DNA from: Ignavibacteria bacterium
GTDB lineage: Bacteria; Bacteroidota; Ignavibacteria; Tepidaquicellales; Tepidaquicellaceae
NCBI GenBank assembly: GCA_015657505.1
Contig: JADLKE010000002.1
Span: forward strand, 190,067 to 254,066
Direction: 5' to 3'
DNA length: 64,000 nt
The translations under genes were made by a program, and so were the position numbers. Numbering within the stretch: position 1 is the first letter of the stretch; each line of letters opens with the position of its first letter. Positions 36,158 through 44,352 of this stretch are shown here, in pieces. The notes under the pieces are model-generated. The model made no database searches, had not been told where the DNA came from, and saw nothing but the letters and a program-made list of their open reading frames with translations.

Positions 36158-37824
36158 TTGTTTCTGTATAATTCGTATCCCGGAGACTTCTTCACCAGCG
36201 TGTAACCGCCGGGAATAAATGTTTTTGAATCGGGATAATCGCTTCTGTTAATTTTATCCTTCTCGACGATTATATTGTAAACACCGCTCTTTCCCGCTAT
36301 CGCGTTTCTAACCGCATCGGTCCCGCTCTTAGTGTCAAGGAATTCAAAATCGTAGTTTCCCCTGTTCCATCCGAGGTCGAGCCCTTCGAAATAGAAACTG
36401 AACTGCGGATTATGCCTGTAATTAGATGCAACGTATATCAGGTTCCTGCTTCCGCTCTTTTCAATTTCCTCCTTTATATCTGTAATCTTGAAAGAGTTCT
36501 CCCAGTAAGGAATCCTGACGGCGTAAAGCGTGTTCACGAAAATCAAAAATACTAAAATAAAAGCATAGTATATACTCGTAATGCCTGACCTCTTTTTGAT
36601 TATCAGTACTATTGACGCGGCGGAAATCAGCGCCCACAATACGGCAATGACCAGCAGCAGTTTCAATCCGCCGTTTTGAATTTTAAATCCTTCTTCTATC
36701 CTGAAGTAATTCAGCGCCGACCAGAAAATGTTCAACGCCGTGAGCGATAAAAGTGCGGTCTTCTCTTTGATGCCGGCTTTATCGATGTTTCTCACATAAT
36801 CGGCTGCCAGAAACGCACCGGGAACGAGCATAAGAAGTATATATACTTCAAGTTTAGTCCTGAAAAAAGTAATTATGAGCAGTCCCGTCACGAACCAGAC
36901 GAGCACGAATATCTCTTTCACGCCCGCATTCTTAAAATTAATAATCTTCTTTGCAGCGCCGAACAGCACTACCACTCCGTAAGGCAGAATTGTGAGCAGA
37001 TAATTTATATGGTATAAATAACCCGACCCTTTCGTGTTATGCTCTACGCCGAACAGGGCTCTTTCGTATATGTGATAGAAGAAAAAGTAATTCGCGAATT
37101 CCTTTCCGTAAACCGCGAACATGTACGCGTGCCACGGAGCCGCGATTAATATTCCAATCAGGGTAAGCATAAACAAATCCGAAAACGAGTATTTGAATTT
37201 TCCGCGCGCGGAAAGCATGACCAAAAAAATTACCATCGGAATGAAAAAGCCAACGAGAATTTTCACCATCAGGCAAAGCCCGAAAACGACCCCCGCCAGA
37301 TAGTTATATTTTCTTTCGCCCGTGTCGGAATACCTTAATATGAAATAGAAAGAGGATATTATCAGAAGCGAGTAAGGGATATCGAACTGGAACCTGTTGC
37401 AGAAAATACTAAAGATAATATTGCTCGATAATATAACGGCTGCAATTATTCCCGCGCGGGCATCGTAAATATTTCTGCCGAATATCATCATTACCCACAG
37501 CAGTACCGCGCTCAGTATAAAAATAAAAATTTTGAAACTGACGTTATTCATCCCGAACAGCGAAGTGAAGGCGTATCCCGCCCAGATGAGAAGCGGCGGG
37601 TGCGAGCCTGAATAAAATCCTCCGATTGAATGCGCGCTCTGGTCGATTATATCACCCGAAACCTTTATCGATAGTACACGCGTCGCGTACATACCCTCGT
37701 CCCAGGGCTGTATATCGGTTACGATCATCGTATGTATTTTCGCGGCAAATAAAAAAACGACGAGAAAGAAGAAGACATGCTTCAGATTTTTCCCGTCGTC
37801 AAAATATTTTAATATTCCCGTCAT
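36148..37824 (-). CDS. ArnT/PMT-family (GT-C) membrane glycosyltransferase
   Basis: 558 aa with ~12 TM, the acidic first-loop motif WDEGMYA and a periplasmic C-terminal domain. Confidence 0.75.
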   Translation of the reverse strand: MTGILKYFDDGKNLKHVFFFLVVFLFAAKIHTMIVTDIQPWDEGMYATRVLSIKVSGDIIDQSAHSIGGFYSGSHPPLLIWAGYAFTSLFGMNNVSFKIFIFILSAVLLWVMMIFGRNIYDARAGIIAAVILSSNIIFSIFCNRFQFDIPYSLLIISSFYFILRYSDTGERKYNYLAGVVFGLCLMVKILVGFFIPMVIFLVMLSARGKFKYSFSDLFMLTLIGILIAAPWHAYMFAVYGKEFANYFFFYHIYERALFGVEHNTKGSGYLYHINYLLTILPYGVVVLFGAAKKIINFKNAGVKEIFVLVWFVTGLLIITFFRTKLEVYILLMLVPGAFLAADYVRNIDKAGIKEKTALLSLTALNIFWSALNYFRIEEGFKIQNGGLKLLLVIAVLWALISAASIVLIIKKRSGITSIYYAFILVFLIFVNTLYAVRIPYWENSFKITDIKEEIEKSGSRNLIYVASNYRHNPQFSFYFEGLDLGWNRGNYDFEFLDTKSGTDAVRNAIAGKSGVYNIIVEKDKINRSDYPDSKTFIPGGYTLVKKSPGYELYRNNWK

Positions 37825-37862
37825 TAACTTTTCTTAACAGCAAGAACCGCTATTTCAAAGCA

Positions 37863-38759
37863 TTAGAAATTATAGCCGAGCGAAATCGAATTCCCCGAGC
37901 CGAATCCAATCGAATACGGCTGGAAAGCGTAGTCAACGTATAATGACTTGTACTTAAGACCAAGCCCCGCGGAGAAACTTTTATTTTCGTAACCAGTCTG
38001 ATAACCGCCTCTTAAAAATATGAAATCCTTGTAACCTCCCTCGATCCCTATGTGCGTGTGTAAAGCGCCCCCGTCAAGAACTTTAAAACCGTCTAGCGCG
38101 CCTGTAATAGAAAAGTTGTCCTTCCTGTACATGTAACTCGCGCCAAGCCTAAGCGATGTCGGCAGTTTCGTCTCGGAATTTAAAAGCGCGTTCATAGAGC
38201 CAACATTGGCCAGGACAACGGCGAATGAAACATTGTTGATTTTATAATTCGCGCCGAAATCAAGACCGTAACCTGACGCCTCATCGATGTATATTTTCTC
38301 GTAAAGCATTTTTACCGTAATCCCCGCGGTGAAATTGTTCTGGATATCATAGCATAGGCTTATGCCTCCCGAAAAGTTATCCGAGTTGAATGTTTCTATC
38401 GGAGCGCCGGGATTATTCCTGACTTCGATGTCGCTGACGGTTGTCTTCAGGAGACCGATTCCAATTCCGAATTTATTCAGCCTGAATTTAGCGCCAACAA
38501 AATTCGTCGTCATATCCATCATTGTCTTATTGAACATTGCGGTAACGTTTCCGTTTTCGGTGGCGTTTACTCTGGCAGGATTGTATATGTAAGCTGTCCC
38601 GTCGTCCGCGAGCGACACGAATGCTTCGCCCATCGCGATGGAGCGGGCTCCTATACCGAGTTTCAGGAAAGACAATCCCGTATTTCCCGCGCCGTCATTT
38701 TGTCCGAAAGTTATTCCCGCAAAGAATAATATCAGAGTCGTTATGAAAATTTTTCGCAT
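37863..38759 (-). CDS. PorV/PorQ-family-like outer-membrane beta-barrel
   Basis: 298 aa with a signal peptide and the N-terminal motif GLSFLKLGIGARSIAMGEAFVSLADDGTAYIYNPA. Alternating beta-strand pattern and a terminal Phe. Confidence 0.55.
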   Translation of the reverse strand: MRKIFITTLILFFAGITFGQNDGAGNTGLSFLKLGIGARSIAMGEAFVSLADDGTAYIYNPARVNATENGNVTAMFNKTMMDMTTNFVGAKFRLNKFGIGIGLLKTTVSDIEVRNNPGAPIETFNSDNFSGGISLCYDIQNNFTAGITVKMLYEKIYIDEASGYGLDFGANYKINNVSFAVVLANVGSMNALLNSETKLPTSLRLGASYMYRKDNFSITGALDGFKVLDGGALHTHIGIEGGYKDFIFLRGGYQTGYENKSFSAGLGLKYKSLYVDYAFQPYSIGFGSGNSISLGYNF

Positions 38760-38792
38760 ATAAATAAACTAATACTTCAAGTTATGAATAAA

Positions 38793-39839
38793 TTATTTGA
38801 ATTTAAAAGCAATTCCGATATTCTGAGCAGGCTTGTGCGTGTACGGCTCAATCTGGAAACTGTAATCCAGACCGATATTAATGTCCTTCGTGAACGATTT
38901 TGTCAGGCCTATACCCGCTCCGGGCTGAATGTTTCCCCAGAAGTCATCAGATTTAAAGTCCATTCTGTCAATGCCCGCGCGTATTTTCACGTAATCGTTC
39001 AGGTTTATTTCGCCTCCTACCTTGAGCGCGAAATTGTAATTTCTCTTGCTGTATGACTTAACGCCGAGAGTATCTGTCGTCTCGAACCTCGGATTCACGT
39101 AAGTATCAAGACCGACAGAAACCAGACCGAGTTTCTTCGGCAGGTTGTAAGTTCCTCCGAACGCTACGAGAACGGGAAATTTTTCTTCAGATGTTGTTCC
39201 GCTCGTTCCGTAAACATTCTGTCCCGTAGTCTCCCATTTATACTTCACTCCAAGGTCCCTGACTGCCAGACCGAACGACAAGTCCTTGCTCGCTAAGTAA
39301 GTAAAGCCTGCGTCAAAACCCACGCTCGTTGTAGTTACTTCTTCATAAAGTTTAGAGTAATACAGTTTAAATCCCACGCCTATGGATAAATCGGGCGCTA
39401 CGAGGATGCTCATACCCATAAGGAATTGATTTTCATAAGTTCCGAGCATTCCTATCGAACGGGCGTCATTGTCTCTTCCGTCAATATCCGAAACCCCCGC
39501 GTTAATCCAGGAAAGACTGATGCCAGCGGTCTGCTTGCCCCCTGACAGTGAAAACTTTTTCGCGAATGAAACGAAGTTTAGTTTTCTGTCAAGACTCAGG
39601 AATGTATAACCGAGATTCACGACTCCGTTTTCCTGAAAACAACTGAGAGACGGATTGTAGTATCCTGACACGTCGCCGTACCTGTCCGAAACGAGCGTGT
39701 TTCCCATTGAAAGACCTCTCGCGCCGAAGCCCATCCTGGCAAAACTTCCGGGGTAACTGCCCAATTGAGCGTTCGCGCCTGAGAATGCCGCCAGAATCAG
39801 TAATATCGCTAAGTATTTTTTCATATTCTGAAAACTCAT
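38793..39839 (-). CDS. second PorV/PorQ-like outer-membrane beta-barrel (more divergent)
   Basis: 348 aa with a signal peptide and FARMGFGARGLSMGNTLVSDRYGDVSGYYNPS, a beta-barrel-like sequence. Confidence 0.4.
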   Translation of the reverse strand: MSFQNMKKYLAILLILAAFSGANAQLGSYPGSFARMGFGARGLSMGNTLVSDRYGDVSGYYNPSLSCFQENGVVNLGYTFLSLDRKLNFVSFAKKFSLSGGKQTAGISLSWINAGVSDIDGRDNDARSIGMLGTYENQFLMGMSILVAPDLSIGVGFKLYYSKLYEEVTTTSVGFDAGFTYLASKDLSFGLAVRDLGVKYKWETTGQNVYGTSGTTSEEKFPVLVAFGGTYNLPKKLGLVSVGLDTYVNPRFETTDTLGVKSYSKRNYNFALKVGGEINLNDYVKIRAGIDRMDFKSDDFWGNIQPGAGIGLTKSFTKDINIGLDYSFQIEPYTHKPAQNIGIAFKFK

Positions 39840-39846
39840 TAAATTT

Positions 39847-41460
39847 TTATTTCATTAAAATAACTTTTCCCCAGAAAGGAGTCTCGTCGTCAACCTCTAT
39901 TCTGTAGAAATAGACAGCGTTTGCCGGTATGTAACCGTCGTCGTTCCTTCCGTCCCATATCGCGAAGTTTACGTCGTTGTTTGTCCTCGTCGCGTTCTGT
40001 ATAACCGTTCTGACGGGATTCATTCCGAAGTCGAAAATCTTTATTGTTACTTTCGAAACAGGTTTGCTTGTCTTGAAGAACAGCCGCGTTACTTCATTGT
40101 TCGGTGAAAAAGGATTCGGAGCCGCGTACGTTTCCGAAGTAGATGTCAAATTGCCGCAAGCCCTGAAAATCTTCCAGGGAGAAGACCACGGAGATACTGT
40201 CAATTTTGTGCGCAGCATTCCGTCAGCGCTTCCGAAATACAATGTATCGTTAATGTAATTCCCCGAATAAAAACTGCTTGACCTGCATAAATCCTTCGAT
40301 ACGGGATCGGCAATCAGCGAAGGTTTCGACCAGTCGAATTTTCCGAAATTGGCGCGCCACATTCCCCCGTCAGTGTAACCGAATACGATTGAATCCTTCG
40401 AACTTATTCCGTTCGGTCTGTAGCCGCCGAGCGTGTATTCCCAGGAATACCCGTTATTCGTGGAATAACTCAACGCGTCCACTTCGTTATTATCATTGGC
40501 TTTTCTCGATGCCGCCCACCAGACTTCCCTGCTTCCGTACTTCTGTACGTGAAATTTCACAACGAAATTCCCCGAAACCCTGTTTGTTCCGCTTCCAGAG
40601 TTCTGAAAATTATACTTCCTCCAACTTACACCCCAGTCTCTCGAAATGTTAATTCCGTTCGCGGAGCCGGCGAGTAGAGTTGAATCGTTCACCGCTACAA
40701 CCGAAAAGAGCCTGTGATTCAGGTTTATATTCGGATTCAAAACGAAGTTATAAACTCCTCCCGTGTATATGCTGTCGAGGTCGTCCGGAGGCAGCAGCAC
40801 TCTTTGCCAGGATACCCCGTAATCAGTGGATTTTCTGAGACCTCCGGCGAAACTCGTAATCCAGATAGTGTAATTTAAAGTATCGCCCTTTGTACGGGAA
40901 ATTGCAATATCGTAAGACAGATTCTGCTGAGGTACGACTACGGGCAGTGCGTGAATGTTGTTCAATCCGTATGTAACAACCGTATCGGTCAATCCGTCCA
41001 TCGGCTGCGGATATGAATTCCAGGAACGGCCGTAATCAGTCGAGACCTTGATTCCCGTTCCGGTAGCGACATTTTCACCGTCAATTAACTCACTTATCGC
41101 GGTAGCCGCGACGAACACTCTGTCTTTTACGTTCAAACCCGCGACGTCGTCCGTCCCGAAAGGTTCGGACTCGATGTAATAATCAAAACTGTTGAACCTG
41201 TCCGTCGTGCGCATCAGTCCGCTTCCCGTTCCGAACCAAACAGTATCACCCGAAAAAAAGATGTCCGTAACGAAGTTGCTTATCGGGCATTTAGAATTCT
41301 TCGGATTCACGACGACCGCCGTAAGTTTCGCGTTCTTGCCGGAAGTCTTAACGAAAACATTTTTGAACTTCCCCAGCGAGAAATTTTCGGGTATTGTCTG
41401 CGAAAACAGGTTGACTCCCGCGGTTAAAATCACGAATAAAAATATTTTTCTTAATATCAT
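39847..41460 (-). CDS. Asp-box (BNR-like) beta-propeller protein with CTD/FlgD-Ig-like C-terminal tail
   Basis: 537 aa with a signal peptide and the motifs STDYGRSW, STDYGVSW, SRDWGVSW, STNNGYSW. Tail APNPFSPNNE...VYFYRIEV...KVILMK. Confidence 0.6.
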   Translation of the reverse strand: MILRKIFLFVILTAGVNLFSQTIPENFSLGKFKNVFVKTSGKNAKLTAVVVNPKNSKCPISNFVTDIFFSGDTVWFGTGSGLMRTTDRFNSFDYYIESEPFGTDDVAGLNVKDRVFVAATAISELIDGENVATGTGIKVSTDYGRSWNSYPQPMDGLTDTVVTYGLNNIHALPVVVPQQNLSYDIAISRTKGDTLNYTIWITSFAGGLRKSTDYGVSWQRVLLPPDDLDSIYTGGVYNFVLNPNINLNHRLFSVVAVNDSTLLAGSANGINISRDWGVSWRKYNFQNSGSGTNRVSGNFVVKFHVQKYGSREVWWAASRKANDNNEVDALSYSTNNGYSWEYTLGGYRPNGISSKDSIVFGYTDGGMWRANFGKFDWSKPSLIADPVSKDLCRSSSFYSGNYINDTLYFGSADGMLRTKLTVSPWSSPWKIFRACGNLTSTSETYAAPNPFSPNNEVTRLFFKTSKPVSKVTIKIFDFGMNPVRTVIQNATRTNNDVNFAIWDGRNDDGYIPANAVYFYRIEVDDETPFWGKVILMK

Positions 41461-41478
41461 TTTAAATTCATTTTTCTT

Positions 41479-42282
41479 TTAATTTGGCCTGACAAATTTT
41501 ATGCTGTCTTTGTAAGTCGTGCTGAACACGTCCGAACGGTCCAGCGCGGTGAACCAGTACTTATAATAACCGTACGAAGAATCGGGTTCGGCATAAGATA
41601 CGGTGTTAGTATATGAATAAACATTATTTCCGTTGTACGTCATAGCGTACCTTCCTATGAAATTCCCGCTCGGTCTGTAAGCGTCCATGTAAACGAACGC
41701 GATATCGCAGGGTCCGTCCGCGTCTGTCGCTGTAAGAGAAAGAGTGAGATTTACGGAACCGGATAACGGTCTGACGACGCTGTCGGGTATGTCCGGGTTT
41801 GAAACAACGGGAGCAACATTCGCTGTGTTTTGCACATAAAATGAACTACTCAGCATGTTGCTGCTCAATCCCTGCTCGTTAGTTGCAATTACCTGAACAG
41901 TATAATCTCCGACTAGCAGACAGGAAACGCTGCCAAGGGTAAGAGTAGCGGCGTATTTCTTGCCTCCCGCGGTGTCGTAAGCATATACGAGATTTTGCGC
42001 GCCGTAACTGTTCAATTTCGGGTCCGTTACAGTGCAGGTAACGCCTGTCAAAGGCGTGCCGTTGTTGACGTCCGCGACTGCGGAAATGTAAAATTTAATT
42101 ACAGGTGAACCTGATGTAGTTTTCACGGTATCAGGCACCAGTACAAGATTCGAAAGTATCGGGGAATCGTATGTAGGATCAATAACGCCGTCATCCTTTT
42201 TCTCGCATGAAAATAACACCACGCAAGCCGATAGTAAAAATAAGGCGAAACTTGCTCTTTTTAACATTTTAATTTTATTCAA
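41479..42282 (-). CDS. lipoprotein with Ig-like domains, unknown function
   Basis: 267 aa with lipobox LLSACVVLFSC followed by EKKDD. No family recognised. Confidence 0.5.
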   Translation of the reverse strand: MNKIKMLKRASFALFLLSACVVLFSCEKKDDGVIDPTYDSPILSNLVLVPDTVKTTSGSPVIKFYISAVADVNNGTPLTGVTCTVTDPKLNSYGAQNLVYAYDTAGGKKYAATLTLGSVSCLLVGDYTVQVIATNEQGLSSNMLSSSFYVQNTANVAPVVSNPDIPDSVVRPLSGSVNLTLSLTATDADGPCDIAFVYMDAYRPSGNFIGRYAMTYNGNNVYSYTNTVSYAEPDSSYGYYKYWFTALDRSDVFSTTYKDSIKFVRPN

Positions 42283-42519
42283 CTTAAAAATTTTCTTTGT
42301 TGATTGACGAATAAGTTATTAAAATAATCAATAAAATAATACCTTTAAACGCAATCTGCGTTTTTGAATTATAAAACTATAAAAATTAATGATTTTGGTA
42401 TTTTCGGGCTTTATTGCTAAAACCGTATTTTAATCGGAAGAAATTTGCTATATGAATGAATTTGTTTGATTTAAATTAATTAATTCCGCAAATAATGTAA
42501 AGGAAAAAGTAATAAAGAA

Positions 42520-43404
42520 TCAAATTCCGTTTTTTAGAATCGCACCCACTTCATCGAATACGCTTCCCTGCGCGAGTCCATAGCCATTCAGTTTATCGGT
42601 ATTCATCGATACATCAGGCACCTGTACCAATCCCTTAACGGACTGGCACGAAACAGGAATAAGCAGATTCTTGTCAAATCCGCCTGCTTCGCAAATCATT
42701 TCTCCGATTTGAAGTCTCGATACCCTGTCTCTGCCGCCAAAGTTTACAACCTCGTTCCGAACGGGCATTCCGCATAATCTTGATATCATATTCGCCGCAA
42801 GCCGTATTGAAAGCGGCGTCCTGAACTGGTCGTAAAACATACGAACTTCTTTTCCCGCCTTCAGGTTCTCGTACGTGATGTGAAAATTGTTTCTGCTGTG
42901 ATTAAGACCGAATCCTATAAGCAAAGCGGTCCTTAATATTATGTAGTTATCGGAATTTCTCTGCACCGCGATTTCGCCCATAAGTTTGGATTCGGCATAT
43001 AAAGTCAGCGGATTCAACGCGCCGTTCTCGTCAGCCATTCCGCTTTCGGAATCCGCGTACACAAGGTCCGTTGATGTAAAAATCAGTTTTGAGCCGAAGC
43101 TGCCGCACAACCGCGCAATATTTTCAGTCGCCTCAACATTAAGTTTATACACTTCACTTCTCGGAAGACTTGCGCATATCTCGGGTCTGGAATAACAGGC
43201 AGTATGCACCACCGCGTCAGGTCTGAAATTTCCGAAAAGAAGCGACAATCTGCCATAATCGGTTATATCAACCTTTATCGAATCGAACTTATGGCAGTTC
43301 CCGGGATTCTCGTTATAAAGCGTCAGCAGTTCGTGTTCCGCGGACAATCTCAAGTTGAGATATTGACCCAGTAAACCGCTCCCGCCTGTCAGTAATATTT
43401 TCAT
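42520..43404 (-). CDS. RmlD-like SDR (dTDP-4-dehydrorhamnose reductase family)
   Basis: MKILLTGGSGLLGQ...YAESK. I prefer the ATG at 43404; the track start 43440 adds an unlikely leader. Confidence 0.7.
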   Translation of the reverse strand: MKILLTGGSGLLGQYLNLRLSAEHELLTLYNENPGNCHKFDSIKVDITDYGRLSLLFGNFRPDAVVHTACYSRPEICASLPRSEVYKLNVEATENIARLCGSFGSKLIFTSTDLVYADSESGMADENGALNPLTLYAESKLMGEIAVQRNSDNYIILRTALLIGFGLNHSRNNFHITYENLKAGKEVRMFYDQFRTPLSIRLAANMISRLCGMPVRNEVVNFGGRDRVSRLQIGEMICEAGGFDKNLLIPVSCQSVKGLVQVPDVSMNTDKLNGYGLAQGSVFDEVGAILKNGI

Positions 43405-43495
43405 AAGCAAATTTGTCTGAAATATAATAATTATATGCAATTAAGTATAGAATTAAATGACCGCTTTTGTTATGTTTGTGCATAATAAATAATTT

Positions 43496-44332
43496 ATGGA
43501 AAATACTCCGCACACCCAAAAATCGTTTTTCTACTATGTTAAAGTCTCGTTGCCCTGGATACTCGCTTTCCTGATAACCGCCGCGTCGGCTTATTACCAG
43601 AGAATCACGGGACCGACATACCCCGTCTCGGGAAAAATTGTTTTTCAGGGGAAAGAAATTAGTTATAAACTTAACAGGAGCCACAGTACGAGCGCGAACT
43701 GCCCCGTTCAGGTCGTCGTGCCGGACAATAGTCTGAAAGGAGTGCTGCTCTGGAAAAGACACAAGACGAAAGACGAAATTACTCGCGTCGAAATGGTGAA
43801 TGAAAACGGCGTTCTTAAAGCAGAACTTCCAAAACAACCCGCCGCGGGTAAACTCGATTATTCAATCCGGATTATCGGACAGAATACCGAAACGGAAATT
43901 CCTTCGGAGCCAGTAGTCATAAGGTACAAGGGCGATGTCCCGGACATCATTTTGATAATTCACGTCATACTAATATTTGCCGCAATGCTGCTTTCAACAC
44001 GTGCGGGACTTGAGGTTTTCAAAAAAGAAGCGCACCTTAAGAAATTCACTTTCTGGGCTCTCGGATTTATGTTCGCAGGCGGAATGATACTTGGACCGAT
44101 AGTTCAGAAATACGCGTTCGACGCGTACTGGACGGGAGTGCCGTTCGGGTTTGACCTTACCGACAACAAGACATTAATCGCTTTCATCGCGTGGATTGTT
44201 GCGGCAGTAATGGTGTATAAATCGAAAAAACCCGCGTACTGGGTTCTCGGCGCAGCAGTAGTGACTCTTATTGTATTCCTTATTCCTCACAGCGTGCTCG
44301 GCTCGGAACTTGATTACTCAAAAATGAATTAA
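43496..44332 (+). CDS. membrane protein, unknown function (N-terminal TM, extracytoplasmic beta-rich domain, 4 C-terminal TM)
   Basis: 278-aa ORF. Hydrophobicity pattern only. Confidence 0.5.
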   Translation: MENTPHTQKSFFYYVKVSLPWILAFLITAASAYYQRITGPTYPVSGKIVFQGKEISYKLNRSHSTSANCPVQVVVPDNSLKGVLLWKRHKTKDEITRVEMVNENGVLKAELPKQPAAGKLDYSIRIIGQNTETEIPSEPVVIRYKGDVPDIILIIHVILIFAAMLLSTRAGLEVFKKEAHLKKFTFWALGFMFAGGMILGPIVQKYAFDAYWTGVPFGFDLTDNKTLIAFIAWIVAAVMVYKSKKPAYWVLGAAVVTLIVFLIPHSVLGSELDYSKMN

Positions 44333-44352
44333 AGCAGTAAAAGAACACACAG

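Noticed and set aside
42347-42365. Hairpin AAACGCA-ATC-TGCGTTT as a terminator for the RmlD-like gene.
   Set aside because: The T-run is on the plus strand, where no gene ends. On the minus strand the hairpin lacks a U-tract. The stem is only 6-7 bp.
43313-43837. 174-aa minus-strand ORF spanning the divergent promoter region.
   Set aside because: It overlaps the 5' ends of two better-supported genes (42520..43404 and 43496..44332) and has no family resemblance.
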